Shown here in pieces: positions 45,775 through 55,490 of a stretch of 64,000 bases of DNA. The DNA lies in assembly GCA_944324085.1 (NCBI GenBank), contig CALUUX010000036.1:32779-96778 (forward strand), in the 5' to 3' direction. Positions within the stretch are counted from its first letter, which is position 1, and each line of letters starts with the position of its first letter. This DNA comes from an uncultured Mailhella sp. (lineage in GTDB: Bacteria > Desulfobacterota > Desulfovibrionia > Desulfovibrionales > Desulfovibrionaceae). The notes under the pieces were generated by a model, which was given only the letters and a program-made list of their open reading frames with translations, searched no databases and was not told the DNA's origin. The translations under genes and the position numbers were made by a program.

Positions 45775-48288
45775 TCACTCTGCGGCCATGCCCAGATAGC
45801 TTCCCGTAACGCTTGCGGGGCAGGTGGCGATTTGCTCCGGCGTTCCTGCGGCTACGACGTTGCCGCCTTCGTTGCCGCCGCCTGGCCCCATGTCGATGAT
45901 GTAATCCGCGTTGACGATGACGTCCCTGTCATGCTCAATGACGATGACGGTGGCGCCGTTGTCTAAAAGAGTTTGAAAGACGCCGAGCAGCGTTCTGGTG
46001 TCCAGCGGATGCAGGCCAATGGTGGGCTCGTCGAACACGAACACTGAGCCGGACTGCGCTTTTCCCGTTTCTCCGGCCAGTTTTAGGCGTTGCGCTTCTC
46101 CTCCGGAAAGGCTTGGGGTTTCTTCTCCCAGCGTCAGGTATCCGAGTCCAAGTTTTTCCAGCGTTTCCAGCCGTTGTCTAACGATGCGGAGATCCGCGCA
46201 GATTTCCAGCGCGCTGCGCACGTCCATAGCCATGAGTTCTGGCAGTGAACAGGCGATCCCGGAAGAGTTTCGATATTTCACCGCCGTCGCGTCCGGTGAA
46301 AAGCGCGTTCCCCCGCAGGCGGGGCAGGGGATATCCACGTCGGGAAGAAACTGCACGTCGAGACTGACGACGCCTGTCCCATCGCACACGGGGCAGCGCA
46401 GTTTGCCGGTATTGTAGGAAAAATCTCCGGCTTTGAGGCCCAGTTTGCGGGCGTCTTCCGTGCGGGCGAACGCTTTTCGCAATTCGTCGTGCACGTTGGC
46501 GTAGGTCGCTACCGTGGAGCGCACGTTTACGCCGATGGGGCTGGCGTCAATGAGTTTGACCTGATCTATGCCGTCTGCGCGAACGTCAAGGATGTGCTCG
46601 GGCGGTTTGCGGCCTTGTATCAGCGCGTTGATCGCGGGCACCAGGCTCTCCAGAATCAACGTCGTTTTGCCGGAACCGGAAACGCCGGTCACCACGGTGA
46701 GTTTTCCTTGGGGAATGTCTACCTCCAGCGGGCGCACGGTATGAATGCGCCCTGTAGACAGATGAATGGTTCCGGCGGAAAAAAGATCGTCAGTCTTCGG
46801 TCTTACGCGAACGGCGTTTTTGCGGCCGAGAAAGGAGCCGATAAGGGAATGGGGATTGGCGGCCAGATCGTCGACGTGACCTTCCGCAATCACGCGGCCG
46901 CCGTTTTTTCCGGCGCCGGGGCCCATTTCGATGAGCCAGTCCGCGGCGGACAGAATCTGCGCGTCATGGTCGACAAAAACCACGGAGTTTCCGTCGGACA
47001 CGAGATCCCGCATGACGCCGATAAGTCCAGTCACGTTGGAAGGATGCAGGCCAATGGAGGGTTCGTCCAGCACATAGAGCACGCCCGTCGTGCGATTGCG
47101 CACGGCGCGCGCAAGCTGCATGCGCTGACGCTCGCCGGTGGAAAGAGAGGAAGCCGAGCGGTCCAGCGAGAGATATCCGAGGCCGAGTTCCAGAAGACGT
47201 TCGGAGGCGTTTTTAAAAGACGAGCAAATGCTTTCCGCCATGGGGCGCATTTCTTCAGGAAGAGAGGCCGGAATGTCGGCGACCCACGTCGAAAGTTCGG
47301 AGAGGGGCATGGAACAGACCTGATCCAGAGAGAGATGCCGCACCTTGGGCGTTCTTGCCGCCTCGGACAACCTCGTGCCTCCGCAGTCTGGGCACACGTC
47401 TTCTTTCAGAAATTTTTCCACGCGTTTCATGCCCTTTTCATCTTTTACCTTGGAAAGCGCGTTTTCCACCGTATAGACCGCGTTGTAATAGGTAAAATCC
47501 AATTCTCCGGCCTGATTGGAACTTTTGGCTTTGTACAGGATGTGTTTCTTTTCCGCCGGACCGTCATAGACGATGGCTTTTTCCTGATCCGTTAAATCGC
47601 GGAAGGGGACATTGGTGCGCACGCCCATGGCGCGACAGACGTCCGTCATGAGGGACCACATCAGAGAGTTCCAGGGGGCTACGGCCCCTTCGTCAATGGT
47701 CAGCGAGTCGTCAGGCACCAGCGTCGATCTGTCCACGGCGCGAACCAGCCCTGTGCCGTGGCAGGTTCGGCAAGCCCCCTGTCCATTGAAGGACAGTTCC
47801 TCCGCGGAAGGCGCAAACCATGTGGCGCCGCAAGTGGGACATACCAGTTCCTTGCCCGCGGCGACGGCAAGAGAAGGGGGAACGTCATGCCCGTTGGGGC
47901 AGCGATGCGTCGCTAGTCTGGAGAAAATAAGGCGAAGACTGTTGAGCAGTTCCGTACCGGTGCCGAAGGTGCTGCGGATGCCGGCTATGCCTGGTCGCTG
48001 GCGCAGCGCGAGCGCGGCGGGAACGTGCAGAATTTCGTCGGCCTGCGGTCTGGCCGCCTGGGTCATGCGCCTTCTCGTATAGGTGGAGAGGGCGTCCAGA
48101 TATCGACCTGAACCTTCGGCGTAGAGCACCCCAAGAGCCAAAGAGGACTTTCCGGAACCGGAGACGCCGGCGATGGCCACAATTTCATGCAGCGGAACGT
48201 CGACGGAAACGTCTTTTAGATTATGAACGCGCGCTCCTCGTATGGTGATGACGCGAGGGGCCTTATCCTCGGGATGCTCGATTCGCAT
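45775..48288 (-). CDS. Class II UvrA-like ABC ATPase (UvrA2/DrrC-like)
   Basis: GARVHNLK, two Walker A motifs (GVSGSGKS, GVSGSGKT), LSGGEAQRLKLA, DEPT, zinc-finger Cys pairs. About 837 aa, shorter than canonical UvrA. Confidence 0.85.
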   Translation of the reverse strand: MRIEHPEDKAPRVITIRGARVHNLKDVSVDVPLHEIVAIAGVSGSGKSSLALGVLYAEGSGRYLDALSTYTRRRMTQAARPQADEILHVPAALALRQRPGIAGIRSTFGTGTELLNSLRLIFSRLATHRCPNGHDVPPSLAVAAGKELVCPTCGATWFAPSAEELSFNGQGACRTCHGTGLVRAVDRSTLVPDDSLTIDEGAVAPWNSLMWSLMTDVCRAMGVRTNVPFRDLTDQEKAIVYDGPAEKKHILYKAKSSNQAGELDFTYYNAVYTVENALSKVKDEKGMKRVEKFLKEDVCPDCGGTRLSEAARTPKVRHLSLDQVCSMPLSELSTWVADIPASLPEEMRPMAESICSSFKNASERLLELGLGYLSLDRSASSLSTGERQRMQLARAVRNRTTGVLYVLDEPSIGLHPSNVTGLIGVMRDLVSDGNSVVFVDHDAQILSAADWLIEMGPGAGKNGGRVIAEGHVDDLAANPHSLIGSFLGRKNAVRVRPKTDDLFSAGTIHLSTGRIHTVRPLEVDIPQGKLTVVTGVSGSGKTTLILESLVPAINALIQGRKPPEHILDVRADGIDQVKLIDASPIGVNVRSTVATYANVHDELRKAFARTEDARKLGLKAGDFSYNTGKLRCPVCDGTGVVSLDVQFLPDVDIPCPACGGTRFSPDATAVKYRNSSGIACSLPELMAMDVRSALEICADLRIVRQRLETLEKLGLGYLTLGEETPSLSGGEAQRLKLAGETGKAQSGSVFVFDEPTIGLHPLDTRTLLGVFQTLLDNGATVIVIEHDRDVIVNADYIIDMGPGGGNEGGNVVAAGTPEQIATCPASVTGSYLGMAAE

Positions 48289-48774
48289 GCTGCGCTCCTT
48301 TTTTCTTTGCCCATAATAGGACGACGAATCAGGACAAACAAGTGAGGCCAGAAGAGTGAAAAGGGGAAAATTTTCGCGTCGAGACAAAAAATTCGAAGAA
48401 AGACAAAAGAGAAAAACGCGGAAAATTCGAAAGGACGTCGACGGGGGAAGCGAAACTCGAACGTAGCGCCGTTACGTTTTTTAAGACATCGACTGGATTT
48501 TTGCGGAAGAAACGTTTACGGCAGAAAGCTCGGTCGCTCGATGGTCCGTCTGGCGCGAGACGTCGCCGGAATATCGCATGGTGAAAGTGCTGGCCGTCGG
48601 TTTCGCGCAGGGGAAGAAGAGCCAGTCTTGTGGAGCAGAACACGATGGGGGACAGTTGGCGGACGAGCCTCGTTGCTTTTCGTGTCGGCGCGTTTTCTCA
48701 AGGATGACTTGGAGCGAGAAAAAGGCGATCCTTCCTAAGAAGAACCGCCTTTAGCGAAGATATGACGCGTTCGT

Positions 48775-50022
48775 TTACTTTCTGTTCAGTTCCGCTTCCT
48801 GCGGGAACATGGGCGTGTAGCGATACGCCAACGACAACACCATGGCCGCGTACGCGAACACCAGGAAGCAGCTAGCCCATTCCGCCCAGTTGGGGGCGTA
48901 AGAATACCAGCTGTCAAAGGGCATGACAGGCTGAGCCAGACCCTGCACCGTGAGCACATAACGGTTGATGGTGATGCTTGCGCAGGTAAGGAAGAGCATC
49001 AGGTAGAAGATCCAAGGCTTTTCGCGAAGAGGCTTGATGAGCAACACCACCATGGGGATGATGATGAACGCGTGTTCCATCCAGAACAGCCACTTGCCGT
49101 AGATCCAGCCATGGAACATCTGATCGAAGGTAAGACCCTGCCCGGCGAGCAGATCGGTGGCCCAATACCAGCTGTCGAGACACTTGAACACCGTATACAC
49201 GATGAGCATGGTGCCGCCGACTTTACCCATGAGCTGCTTCACGTCCCAGCTGACCAGCTTGCGGCCGGACATTTTTTCCATGAGCGTGCACACGAGCACG
49301 GTGAACATGGGGCCGGAAGACACGGCGGAAAGCACGAACAGGAAGAACGTCCAAGGCCAGATGAAGAAACCTTCGCGGAACAGATAGGGGCGACCGAACA
49401 GCACGCCGTACATGCCGCCGAGAGATCCCTGATGGAAGGTGGACAGGAACGCGCCGATGCCGGCAAAAATGGGCATGTACACATGGAAGTTATGCGCCAG
49501 AGCGTGAATGAAGGGTCTCTTCATGAGCTGACGATTTTCCAGCACCAGCGGAACGAACTCAAGGATGAGCACGATGCAGTAGCAGGTAATGCAGAAAATA
49601 ACTTCCGTAAGCATGGAATGGACGTTCGGATACCAGTAGCCGAACCAGCAGCGGATGGGCTGACCGATATCGAGCACCAGGATCATCATGGCGCCGGTGT
49701 AGCACAAAAAGCCGATCACCGCGGCCAGATTCACGATGTTCTTGAGCTCGTCGATGTTGAGAATGTACCGGAGCGCGCCGGTAAAGAACGCGCCCGCGCC
49801 GAGGGCGATGACGGCAAGGTCGAAGGTGATCCAGAGGCCGAAGCCGAAGTAGTCGTCCATGCCGGTTTCACCGAGACCAAAGCCCAGAACGCGCACGGCC
49901 GCGTAAAGCCCCCAGAGGAAGATGACGCCCAGAATGGACATCCACCCCGTGAATTTCGTCAGAGAGCAGCGCTCACACCCTTCCGGGAAAAGCTCCGCGT
50001 CAACAGGTTTGCTGTAATCCAT
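48775..50022 (-). CDS. qrcD: Quinone reductase complex membrane subunit (NrfD/PsrC family)
   Basis: FGLWITFDL, DIGQPIR, HQGSLGG; about 10 TM; last gene of the qrc operon. Confidence 0.9.
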   Translation of the reverse strand: MDYSKPVDAELFPEGCERCSLTKFTGWMSILGVIFLWGLYAAVRVLGFGLGETGMDDYFGFGLWITFDLAVIALGAGAFFTGALRYILNIDELKNIVNLAAVIGFLCYTGAMMILVLDIGQPIRCWFGYWYPNVHSMLTEVIFCITCYCIVLILEFVPLVLENRQLMKRPFIHALAHNFHVYMPIFAGIGAFLSTFHQGSLGGMYGVLFGRPYLFREGFFIWPWTFFLFVLSAVSSGPMFTVLVCTLMEKMSGRKLVSWDVKQLMGKVGGTMLIVYTVFKCLDSWYWATDLLAGQGLTFDQMFHGWIYGKWLFWMEHAFIIIPMVVLLIKPLREKPWIFYLMLFLTCASITINRYVLTVQGLAQPVMPFDSWYSYAPNWAEWASCFLVFAYAAMVLSLAYRYTPMFPQEAELNRK

Positions 50023-50025
50023 AAC

Positions 50026-50811
50026 CTACCCCTGCTTTGTGGCTTCGCCGGTCTTTTCGTGTTCGAGATAGTTGTCGCCTTCGCGGCGCACCCATTCGCG
50101 CTTGCTGATGTAGTACACCTGCGGATCGGTGCCCAGGCGTTCCAGCAGGCGGAAGGCGTAGGGGCTCTTGATGAGCTCATGCACCTTGTGCGCCGGATTG
50201 TTGAGATCGCCGAAGGTAATGGCCCCGTTGGGGCAGGCTTCGGTGCAGGCGGTGATGTACGCGCCGTCCGGCAGATCCATGGGATCCCGCCCGGCGGCCA
50301 CGGCGGCTTCCTGCGCTTTCATGAAACGATGATGGCAGAAGGAGCATTTTTCCACGACGCCGCGCATGCGGGTAGACACGTCGGGCGTGAGAGCCTGAGC
50401 CAGATCGCCGGGCCACTTCGGATCATACCAGTTGAAGTAGCGGGCATGGTAAGGACACGAGGCCATGCAGTACCGGCAGCCGATGCAGCGGGGCGGAATC
50501 TGGCTGACGATGCCGCCTTCTTCTCTTTTATCGGTGGCGATCACAGGGCACACCGCCACGCAGGAGGGCTTGCCGCACTGCATGCAGGGGCGGGGCAGAT
50601 AGGCCACTTCGTGATCGGGGAAGGGCTTGTGGTTGGAAAGACGGAACACCGTGAGCCAGTTGAGCGAACGGAGCTTATTGCTGCCGTCCACGGCGGGAGC
50701 GACGTTGTTTTCCGCCTGGCAGGCCACCATGCACGCGCCGCAGCCCGTGCATTTGTCGATGTCGATGACCATGCCCCATCTTATTTTGAATTGCTTGACT
50801 TCAGAAGACAT
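50026..50811 (-). CDS. qrcC: Quinone reductase complex Fe-S subunit
   Basis: CTGCGACMVAC, CMQCGKPSCVAVCP, CIGCRYCMASCP, CSFCH...CTEACP. Confidence 0.92.
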   Translation of the reverse strand: MSSEVKQFKIRWGMVIDIDKCTGCGACMVACQAENNVAPAVDGSNKLRSLNWLTVFRLSNHKPFPDHEVAYLPRPCMQCGKPSCVAVCPVIATDKREEGGIVSQIPPRCIGCRYCMASCPYHARYFNWYDPKWPGDLAQALTPDVSTRMRGVVEKCSFCHHRFMKAQEAAVAAGRDPMDLPDGAYITACTEACPNGAITFGDLNNPAHKVHELIKSPYAFRLLERLGTDPQVYYISKREWVRREGDNYLEHEKTGEATKQG

Positions 50812-50820
50812 CACGACCCC

Positions 50821-52893
50821 CTATGCTCTTGCGGCCTTCACGCCGGCAAGGCCCCAGACCGGCAGGCCGGTGCCGGGCTCTCTGCAAACGCTGGTCAGCG
50901 CCAGAACATTCGACCCCTTACCCTTGCTGAACTGATCGAACGCCGTATGGCCGAGTCCGGCGACCAGAGAAACGGTATCGGGCAGGATGCCTTCGAAAAT
51001 GGCGGCAACCACAGTGATTTCCACATTGTTGCCGGCAACCAGTCTGATATGGTCTCCGGCGTTTACCTTGAGTTTGGCGGCGGTGGCGCTGTTCATCTGC
51101 GCCACGCTGTATTTGCCCTTGAGCTGGTAGTCCGTGACCACCTTGGTGGCGAAGGGCGGGATGGCCGTCTGCGCCGTGCCCATGCCGAGCACCACCACGG
51201 GGGCGACCTGAATGTCGCCTTCCGCCCCGCGAGCCGACGCCGCAGAGCGGATGGCTTCCCAGTTGTAGAACAAAGGAGAGGCGGGCAGCGCCGTTTTGGC
51301 GGTGAACACGCGGCCTTCGTCCATCATGGCGCGGAAGGGGGCGCCGAGCGCGTACGCGTGCTTGTACAAAAGCTCGGGCATATCCTTGACGCCGAGCTCA
51401 AGATCAAGCTCCTGCGCGAGCGCGATGAACAACTCACCCGCGCTGCGCGCGCCGGCGAAGGGCTTGGCCACGGGGCGGGCCAGAGCGTAGGTTACTCGAC
51501 CGGAACCGTAGGGCGTCTGCACGTCATCGAAGGCTTCCATGCCGAGAGCGGCGGGCAGCACCAGATCGCAGGCTTCGCAGGTTTCGCTCATAAAGCTGGC
51601 CACCGCTATGGAATATCCGGCTTTGCTCAGCGTTTCCTTCATGCCGGAGTCGGCGGGAAGCGAGTAGAGCGGATTGGCCGCGTACACGAGCAGCAGTGCG
51701 GGAGCCTTGGTTTTTCCGGCGGCTACGGCCTGCGTGTAGTTCACGAAGCGTTTGCGCATGGTTTCGCGGTATTCGGTGGCGTGGGCCACGACGGAGACGG
51801 GGAACGGCATGTCCACGAGACCGCCTTCTCTGTTCACGCTGCCGAGCAGCATGTTAATGGCCACAGCGACCATGACGGGGCCGGCAGAGCCACCGGCGCC
51901 GAGCGCGGAACCGGCAATGACAAGAGGTTTCTTGGCCTCCGCCAGGGCCTTGGCCGCCGCTTCGAGGCGGGCGACGGGAACGCCGGTGATGCCGGAGACC
52001 TTTTCAGGCGTGTAGGCGGCGGCGAAAGAGGCAAAATTGGCAAGTCCGGCGGCAAAGCCCTGTTTGCCTGCCTTGATGAGCAGATGAGCGACGCCGAGAA
52101 GCAGAGCCATGTCGGTGCCGGGCTTCATGGGCAGCCAGAGATCCGCGCCTGCGGCGGTGTTGTTCTGCAACGCCCCGGCGTAGAGGAGTTTTTGAGTCGG
52201 TTCGCCCGCCACGGGATGCGTGCGGTTGAACGCGCTGCGATTGGCGGCCACCACGCCCCAGCTTTCAAGAACGGGCGCGCCCACGGCCAGAATGCAGTCG
52301 CTGTTCTCCATGTCGTAGCCGAGGCGGCCCTGACCGCCCATGGCTTCCCAGGCCACGGCGGCGGGCTGTTCTTCATCGGGCATAAAGTAGAAGTCGGAAG
52401 AACCGCGCTGATTGAGAATGGAAGTGAGCACTTCGTTGATGCTGGACGTGGGATCGCCGGACACGGCGGCTACGGAGGAGCCGGCTTCCTGCAGTTTCTG
52501 TTTGAGCAGCGTTTCGGCTTCAGTCCAGGTTATGGCGACGTACGCGCCGTCGGGGGAGCGGCGCAGAGGAGTCTTGAGGCGGGCGGGGCTGACGCGCAGT
52601 TCGGCTTCAGCGGCGGCCAGGGCCGTCATGGCTCCGTGGGTCACGGGGTTGTTTTTGTCGCCGATGGTGCGCACGGGCGTTCCGGCCACGGTGCGCACGA
52701 CAAAACCGGTGCCGGAGGGGCACAGCTTGCTCACAGTGGGGATGTACTCGCTTTCGCCTTTTTTCAGGCGTGGAATCCAGCCCCAGTTCTGCGTCCAGTA
52801 CACGGCGTCATAAAGGGTGTTCCAGATGATGGGAGACGCCACGAGGCCCACGGTCCCGCCGGCGGCAAATTTAAGAAATCCTCGTCTATCCAT
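50821..52893 (-). CDS. qrcB: Quinone reductase complex molybdopterin-oxidoreductase-like subunit
   Basis: Tat motif MDRRGFLKF; molybdopterin-family fold motifs; only one Cys (SKLCPSG) where the Fe-S motif would be. Confidence 0.9.
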   Translation of the reverse strand: MDRRGFLKFAAGGTVGLVASPIIWNTLYDAVYWTQNWGWIPRLKKGESEYIPTVSKLCPSGTGFVVRTVAGTPVRTIGDKNNPVTHGAMTALAAAEAELRVSPARLKTPLRRSPDGAYVAITWTEAETLLKQKLQEAGSSVAAVSGDPTSSINEVLTSILNQRGSSDFYFMPDEEQPAAVAWEAMGGQGRLGYDMENSDCILAVGAPVLESWGVVAANRSAFNRTHPVAGEPTQKLLYAGALQNNTAAGADLWLPMKPGTDMALLLGVAHLLIKAGKQGFAAGLANFASFAAAYTPEKVSGITGVPVARLEAAAKALAEAKKPLVIAGSALGAGGSAGPVMVAVAINMLLGSVNREGGLVDMPFPVSVVAHATEYRETMRKRFVNYTQAVAAGKTKAPALLLVYAANPLYSLPADSGMKETLSKAGYSIAVASFMSETCEACDLVLPAALGMEAFDDVQTPYGSGRVTYALARPVAKPFAGARSAGELFIALAQELDLELGVKDMPELLYKHAYALGAPFRAMMDEGRVFTAKTALPASPLFYNWEAIRSAASARGAEGDIQVAPVVVLGMGTAQTAIPPFATKVVTDYQLKGKYSVAQMNSATAAKLKVNAGDHIRLVAGNNVEITVVAAIFEGILPDTVSLVAGLGHTAFDQFSKGKGSNVLALTSVCREPGTGLPVWGLAGVKAARA

Positions 52894-52911
52894 GATTTCC
52901 TCGCTTTTGCC

Positions 52912-53547
52912 TTACTTGTGGCAGGTGAAGCAGGCATTGCTGGCGTTGGTGTTGCCCATGGCCATATGTTCGGCATGGCAACGTTCGCAGCCCCACATCA
53001 GCATGGTGTTTTCGGAATAGCCCGAAAGCCTGTTTTCCGTATAGACGGGCGGAACGTCCGTTTCAGCCACGTTGAGGTGGCACTTCGAGCAGAAAGCGGC
53101 GGTTTCCTTGGGGCCTCGCAGTTCGGCGAGAGGACCGAAGTGCAGGGCGTGACTGAAGAACACGTTGTCGGGCTGTTTCTGATAAACAAGCCATTCAGAC
53201 TTGATTTCTCGTCCGGTCTGAACGTATTCGCGGACAAAACGCGCTTCCTCGGGGTTGGAGCCCAGAACCGTGAAATGGCATTCCGCGCACTGGGCGGTGG
53301 TGGGCGTTCCGCTGAATGAGCCGTCGGCGCGTACAAAGTGGCACTGCTCACAGGTCATGCCCTGATTCTGTACATGCTCGACGTGGCTGAAGGCGATGGG
53401 CTGCTTTTTGGTTTCCTTCATAAGGTTGGGCAGAACCCACCATCCAAGAATAAGGGCCACGACCAGACCCACGACAAACGCGCCCCAGCCACAGCTGCAT
53501 TTCTTTGCCTCAGTCGCCGGTGTGGTTGTGTTGTTCCTCTCCTCCAT
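52912..53547 (-). CDS. qrcA: Quinone reductase complex membrane-anchored multiheme cytochrome c
   Basis: N-terminal TM anchor; five CxxCH motifs (CEQCH, CAECH, CSKCH, CERCH, CFTCH). Confidence 0.9.
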   Translation of the reverse strand: MEERNNTTTPATEAKKCSCGWGAFVVGLVVALILGWWVLPNLMKETKKQPIAFSHVEHVQNQGMTCEQCHFVRADGSFSGTPTTAQCAECHFTVLGSNPEEARFVREYVQTGREIKSEWLVYQKQPDNVFFSHALHFGPLAELRGPKETAAFCSKCHLNVAETDVPPVYTENRLSGYSENTMLMWGCERCHAEHMAMGNTNASNACFTCHK

Positions 53548-54068
53548 CCCGATGCCTCGTGCTGGTTGAGGTGATAAAAAAGGACAGTGCGCATCTTCCG
53601 GCCGGGCCGGAAGGGAGGCATGTCGGAACCGTTTGAAATTCTTTGCCTTTACAATGACGGTTCCAGTGAACTTTGTTATATTAGTTTAAAAAGATGCGGC
53701 TTGCAATGGTGAAATCGTCTTTCGTTCTGCCTCATGCGCGAGGTCGTTTGAGGGGGTAAGCGGGACATGGGAGGAATTTCTCGGCATAACCATGGAAAAT
53801 GTATGAAGCTTTCGAAACGCGCCGGGTAAATCGACGCGTTTTTGGGGACAAAATGGATAGAGAAAAAAAGGTATGTTATTTTTTCATTTATTAAATGGCC
53901 ATAGAATTCCTCAAAACGCGCCGACGTTTTTCTGGACGTTTTCGACGCTTGCCAGAGACGCCGTCCCTTTTTATACTTTCGCCGAAGCGGTGTTCCGTCT
54001 TCCTTTTTCATCAACGTTCCACGAAAACTGTTTGTTTTCGGGAACAAACGTAAAAGGCGGGTACTTGC

Positions 54069-54770
54069 ATGCAGCAGGCTCAGGAATGTCGGATTTGCGG
54101 CAGAAAATTCAGCAAACGCGGTGGGATCCGCCACATGTGCGCGCAAAGCATAGCGGACTTCGCTCGGTTTGACATCGACGCCGAAGATATATGCATGTCG
54201 TGCGCCATGGACAAAGTGAAGGAACTTTCCCTTGTGCGTGAAGAACGTCTTGGCGATCTCAAGGCGGAACTCAAGGAATATCAGGACAAGGTGCTCCAGG
54301 AAATTGAGGTGTTCACCACCCCGCATCCCGAGACCTGGACCAGCGGCGTCAAGGGCGTGGTTTCCGGTTATGCCGTTATCGGCGTCGGCGCCTTCACGGG
54401 TCTCGCCAACGTGCTCACCGACGTCTTTGGCGGCGAGTCCGAAGATTATCTTAAGAAGATACGCATGGCCGAACGCCGCGCCATCAATGTGGCCAAACTG
54501 CAAGCTATAGAAATGGGCGCCAACGTCATTTCCGGCATCCGTCTTGAAGTGAAGAGCGGCTCCACCGGTCTGCTTCTCGTCTCCTGCGTGGGCACCGCTC
54601 TCGAACACGGCGCCGTTAATATGCCCGACTTTGCCAAAATGCGCGAACTTTCGGTCGAATACCACAAGCTCAAGTCCGAACGTCTTCCCATCGTGGCCGG
54701 CACTGCCGAAAGCTACGCCGAACTCGCTCCCGTCAAGGACGAAAAGTTCCAGATTCCCGCCTATCTGTAG
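54069..54770 (+). CDS. YbjQ (UPF0145) family protein with an N-terminal Cys4 zinc ribbon
   Basis: CRICG...CMSC N-terminus; LTDVFGGESEDY...AERRA...AIEMGANVISGIRL YbjQ-like core. Confidence 0.75.
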   Translation: MQQAQECRICGRKFSKRGGIRHMCAQSIADFARFDIDAEDICMSCAMDKVKELSLVREERLGDLKAELKEYQDKVLQEIEVFTTPHPETWTSGVKGVVSGYAVIGVGAFTGLANVLTDVFGGESEDYLKKIRMAERRAINVAKLQAIEMGANVISGIRLEVKSGSTGLLLVSCVGTALEHGAVNMPDFAKMRELSVEYHKLKSERLPIVAGTAESYAELAPVKDEKFQIPAYL

Positions 54771-54785
54771 GCGCTGTGAGATTCA

Positions 54786-54830
54786 GCCCCGTTCTTGCCG
54801 ACCTGCGAGTCGGAAGAGCGGGGGCTTTTT
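54786..54830 (+). terminator. Terminator after the YbjQ-like gene
   Basis: Long GC-rich stem gccccgttcttgccgac/gtcggaagagcgggggc followed by T5. Confidence 0.75.
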
Positions 54831-55020
54831 CTGCGATGTCGGCGGGGTTCGATGGTATGAAGAACGTCGGACGGCTTTCATTGTCGGTAACAGGCTGTTG
54901 GGCATGGAGCGTGACGTTCGCTGTCGGATGAAAGACCAAGCGCAGCGCAAAACCCGCAAGGCGCGCTTCTCTTGACAGTAAAACTCGTTTGGACGTAAAT
55001 TGCCCTACGTCTTTTCAGCC

Positions 55021-55108
55021 GGAGGGATGGCAGAGCGGCTGATTGCGGCGGTCTTGAAAACCGTTGAGGGTCACACCTCCGGGGGTTCAAATCCCTCTCC
55101 CTCCGCCA
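55021..55108 (+). tRNA. tRNA-Ser (anticodon UGA)
   Basis: 88 nt: acceptor GGAGGGA/TCCCTCC, discriminator G, CCA; anticodon loop CTTGAAA; long variable arm; T-loop GTTCAAAT. Confidence 0.96.
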
Positions 55109-55121
55109 CGACGAAGTTTCA

Positions 55122-55154
55122 AAAGCCCCATAAGGTAACATCTTGTGGGGCTTT
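55122..55154 (+). terminator. Hairpin just after tRNA-Ser
   Basis: aaagccccataag/cttgtggggcttt. Confidence 0.65.
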
Positions 55155-55413
55155 ACTTTTTTATTTCGTTTGACTTTCCGGATTTCAGCCGTTCAGAAGA
55201 AGGCCGAAAAGAGTTTGCCAAGGTGCTGAAGAATGACCCTTTCGTGGGGGCCGCGCAGTTCGAAGACTTTTTTGCAAACGCACGCGGAAAAGAGCCTGCT
55301 GAAGCGGAATTCACCTTTCTCATCCACGATACGCTCACGAGTGAACGAAACAGCCGCTTCATTGAGCGGGGTAACGGTGTTGATACCCAGTGATGCGCCC
55401 TCCTTAAAACAGC

Positions 55414-55442
55414 AAAAGCCGGACCCCGCGCGGAATCCGGCT
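55414..55442 (-). terminator. Terminator after hsdR
   Basis: agccgga/tccggct stem with a U4 tract on the minus strand. Confidence 0.55.
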
Positions 55443-55490
55443 CCTGCAACTTCTCCAATGTTGCTGGAGAGATGCAACGAACAGAAGCGT

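Noticed and set aside
50821-52893. QrcB lacking the Fe-S cysteines as a possible pseudogene or novelty
   Set aside because: QrcB is known to be a cofactor-less molybdopterin-family subunit, so this is expected.
53560-53690. Possible Rex operator upstream of qrcA (gtgaactttgttat)
   Set aside because: Only about half the positions match the Rex palindrome.
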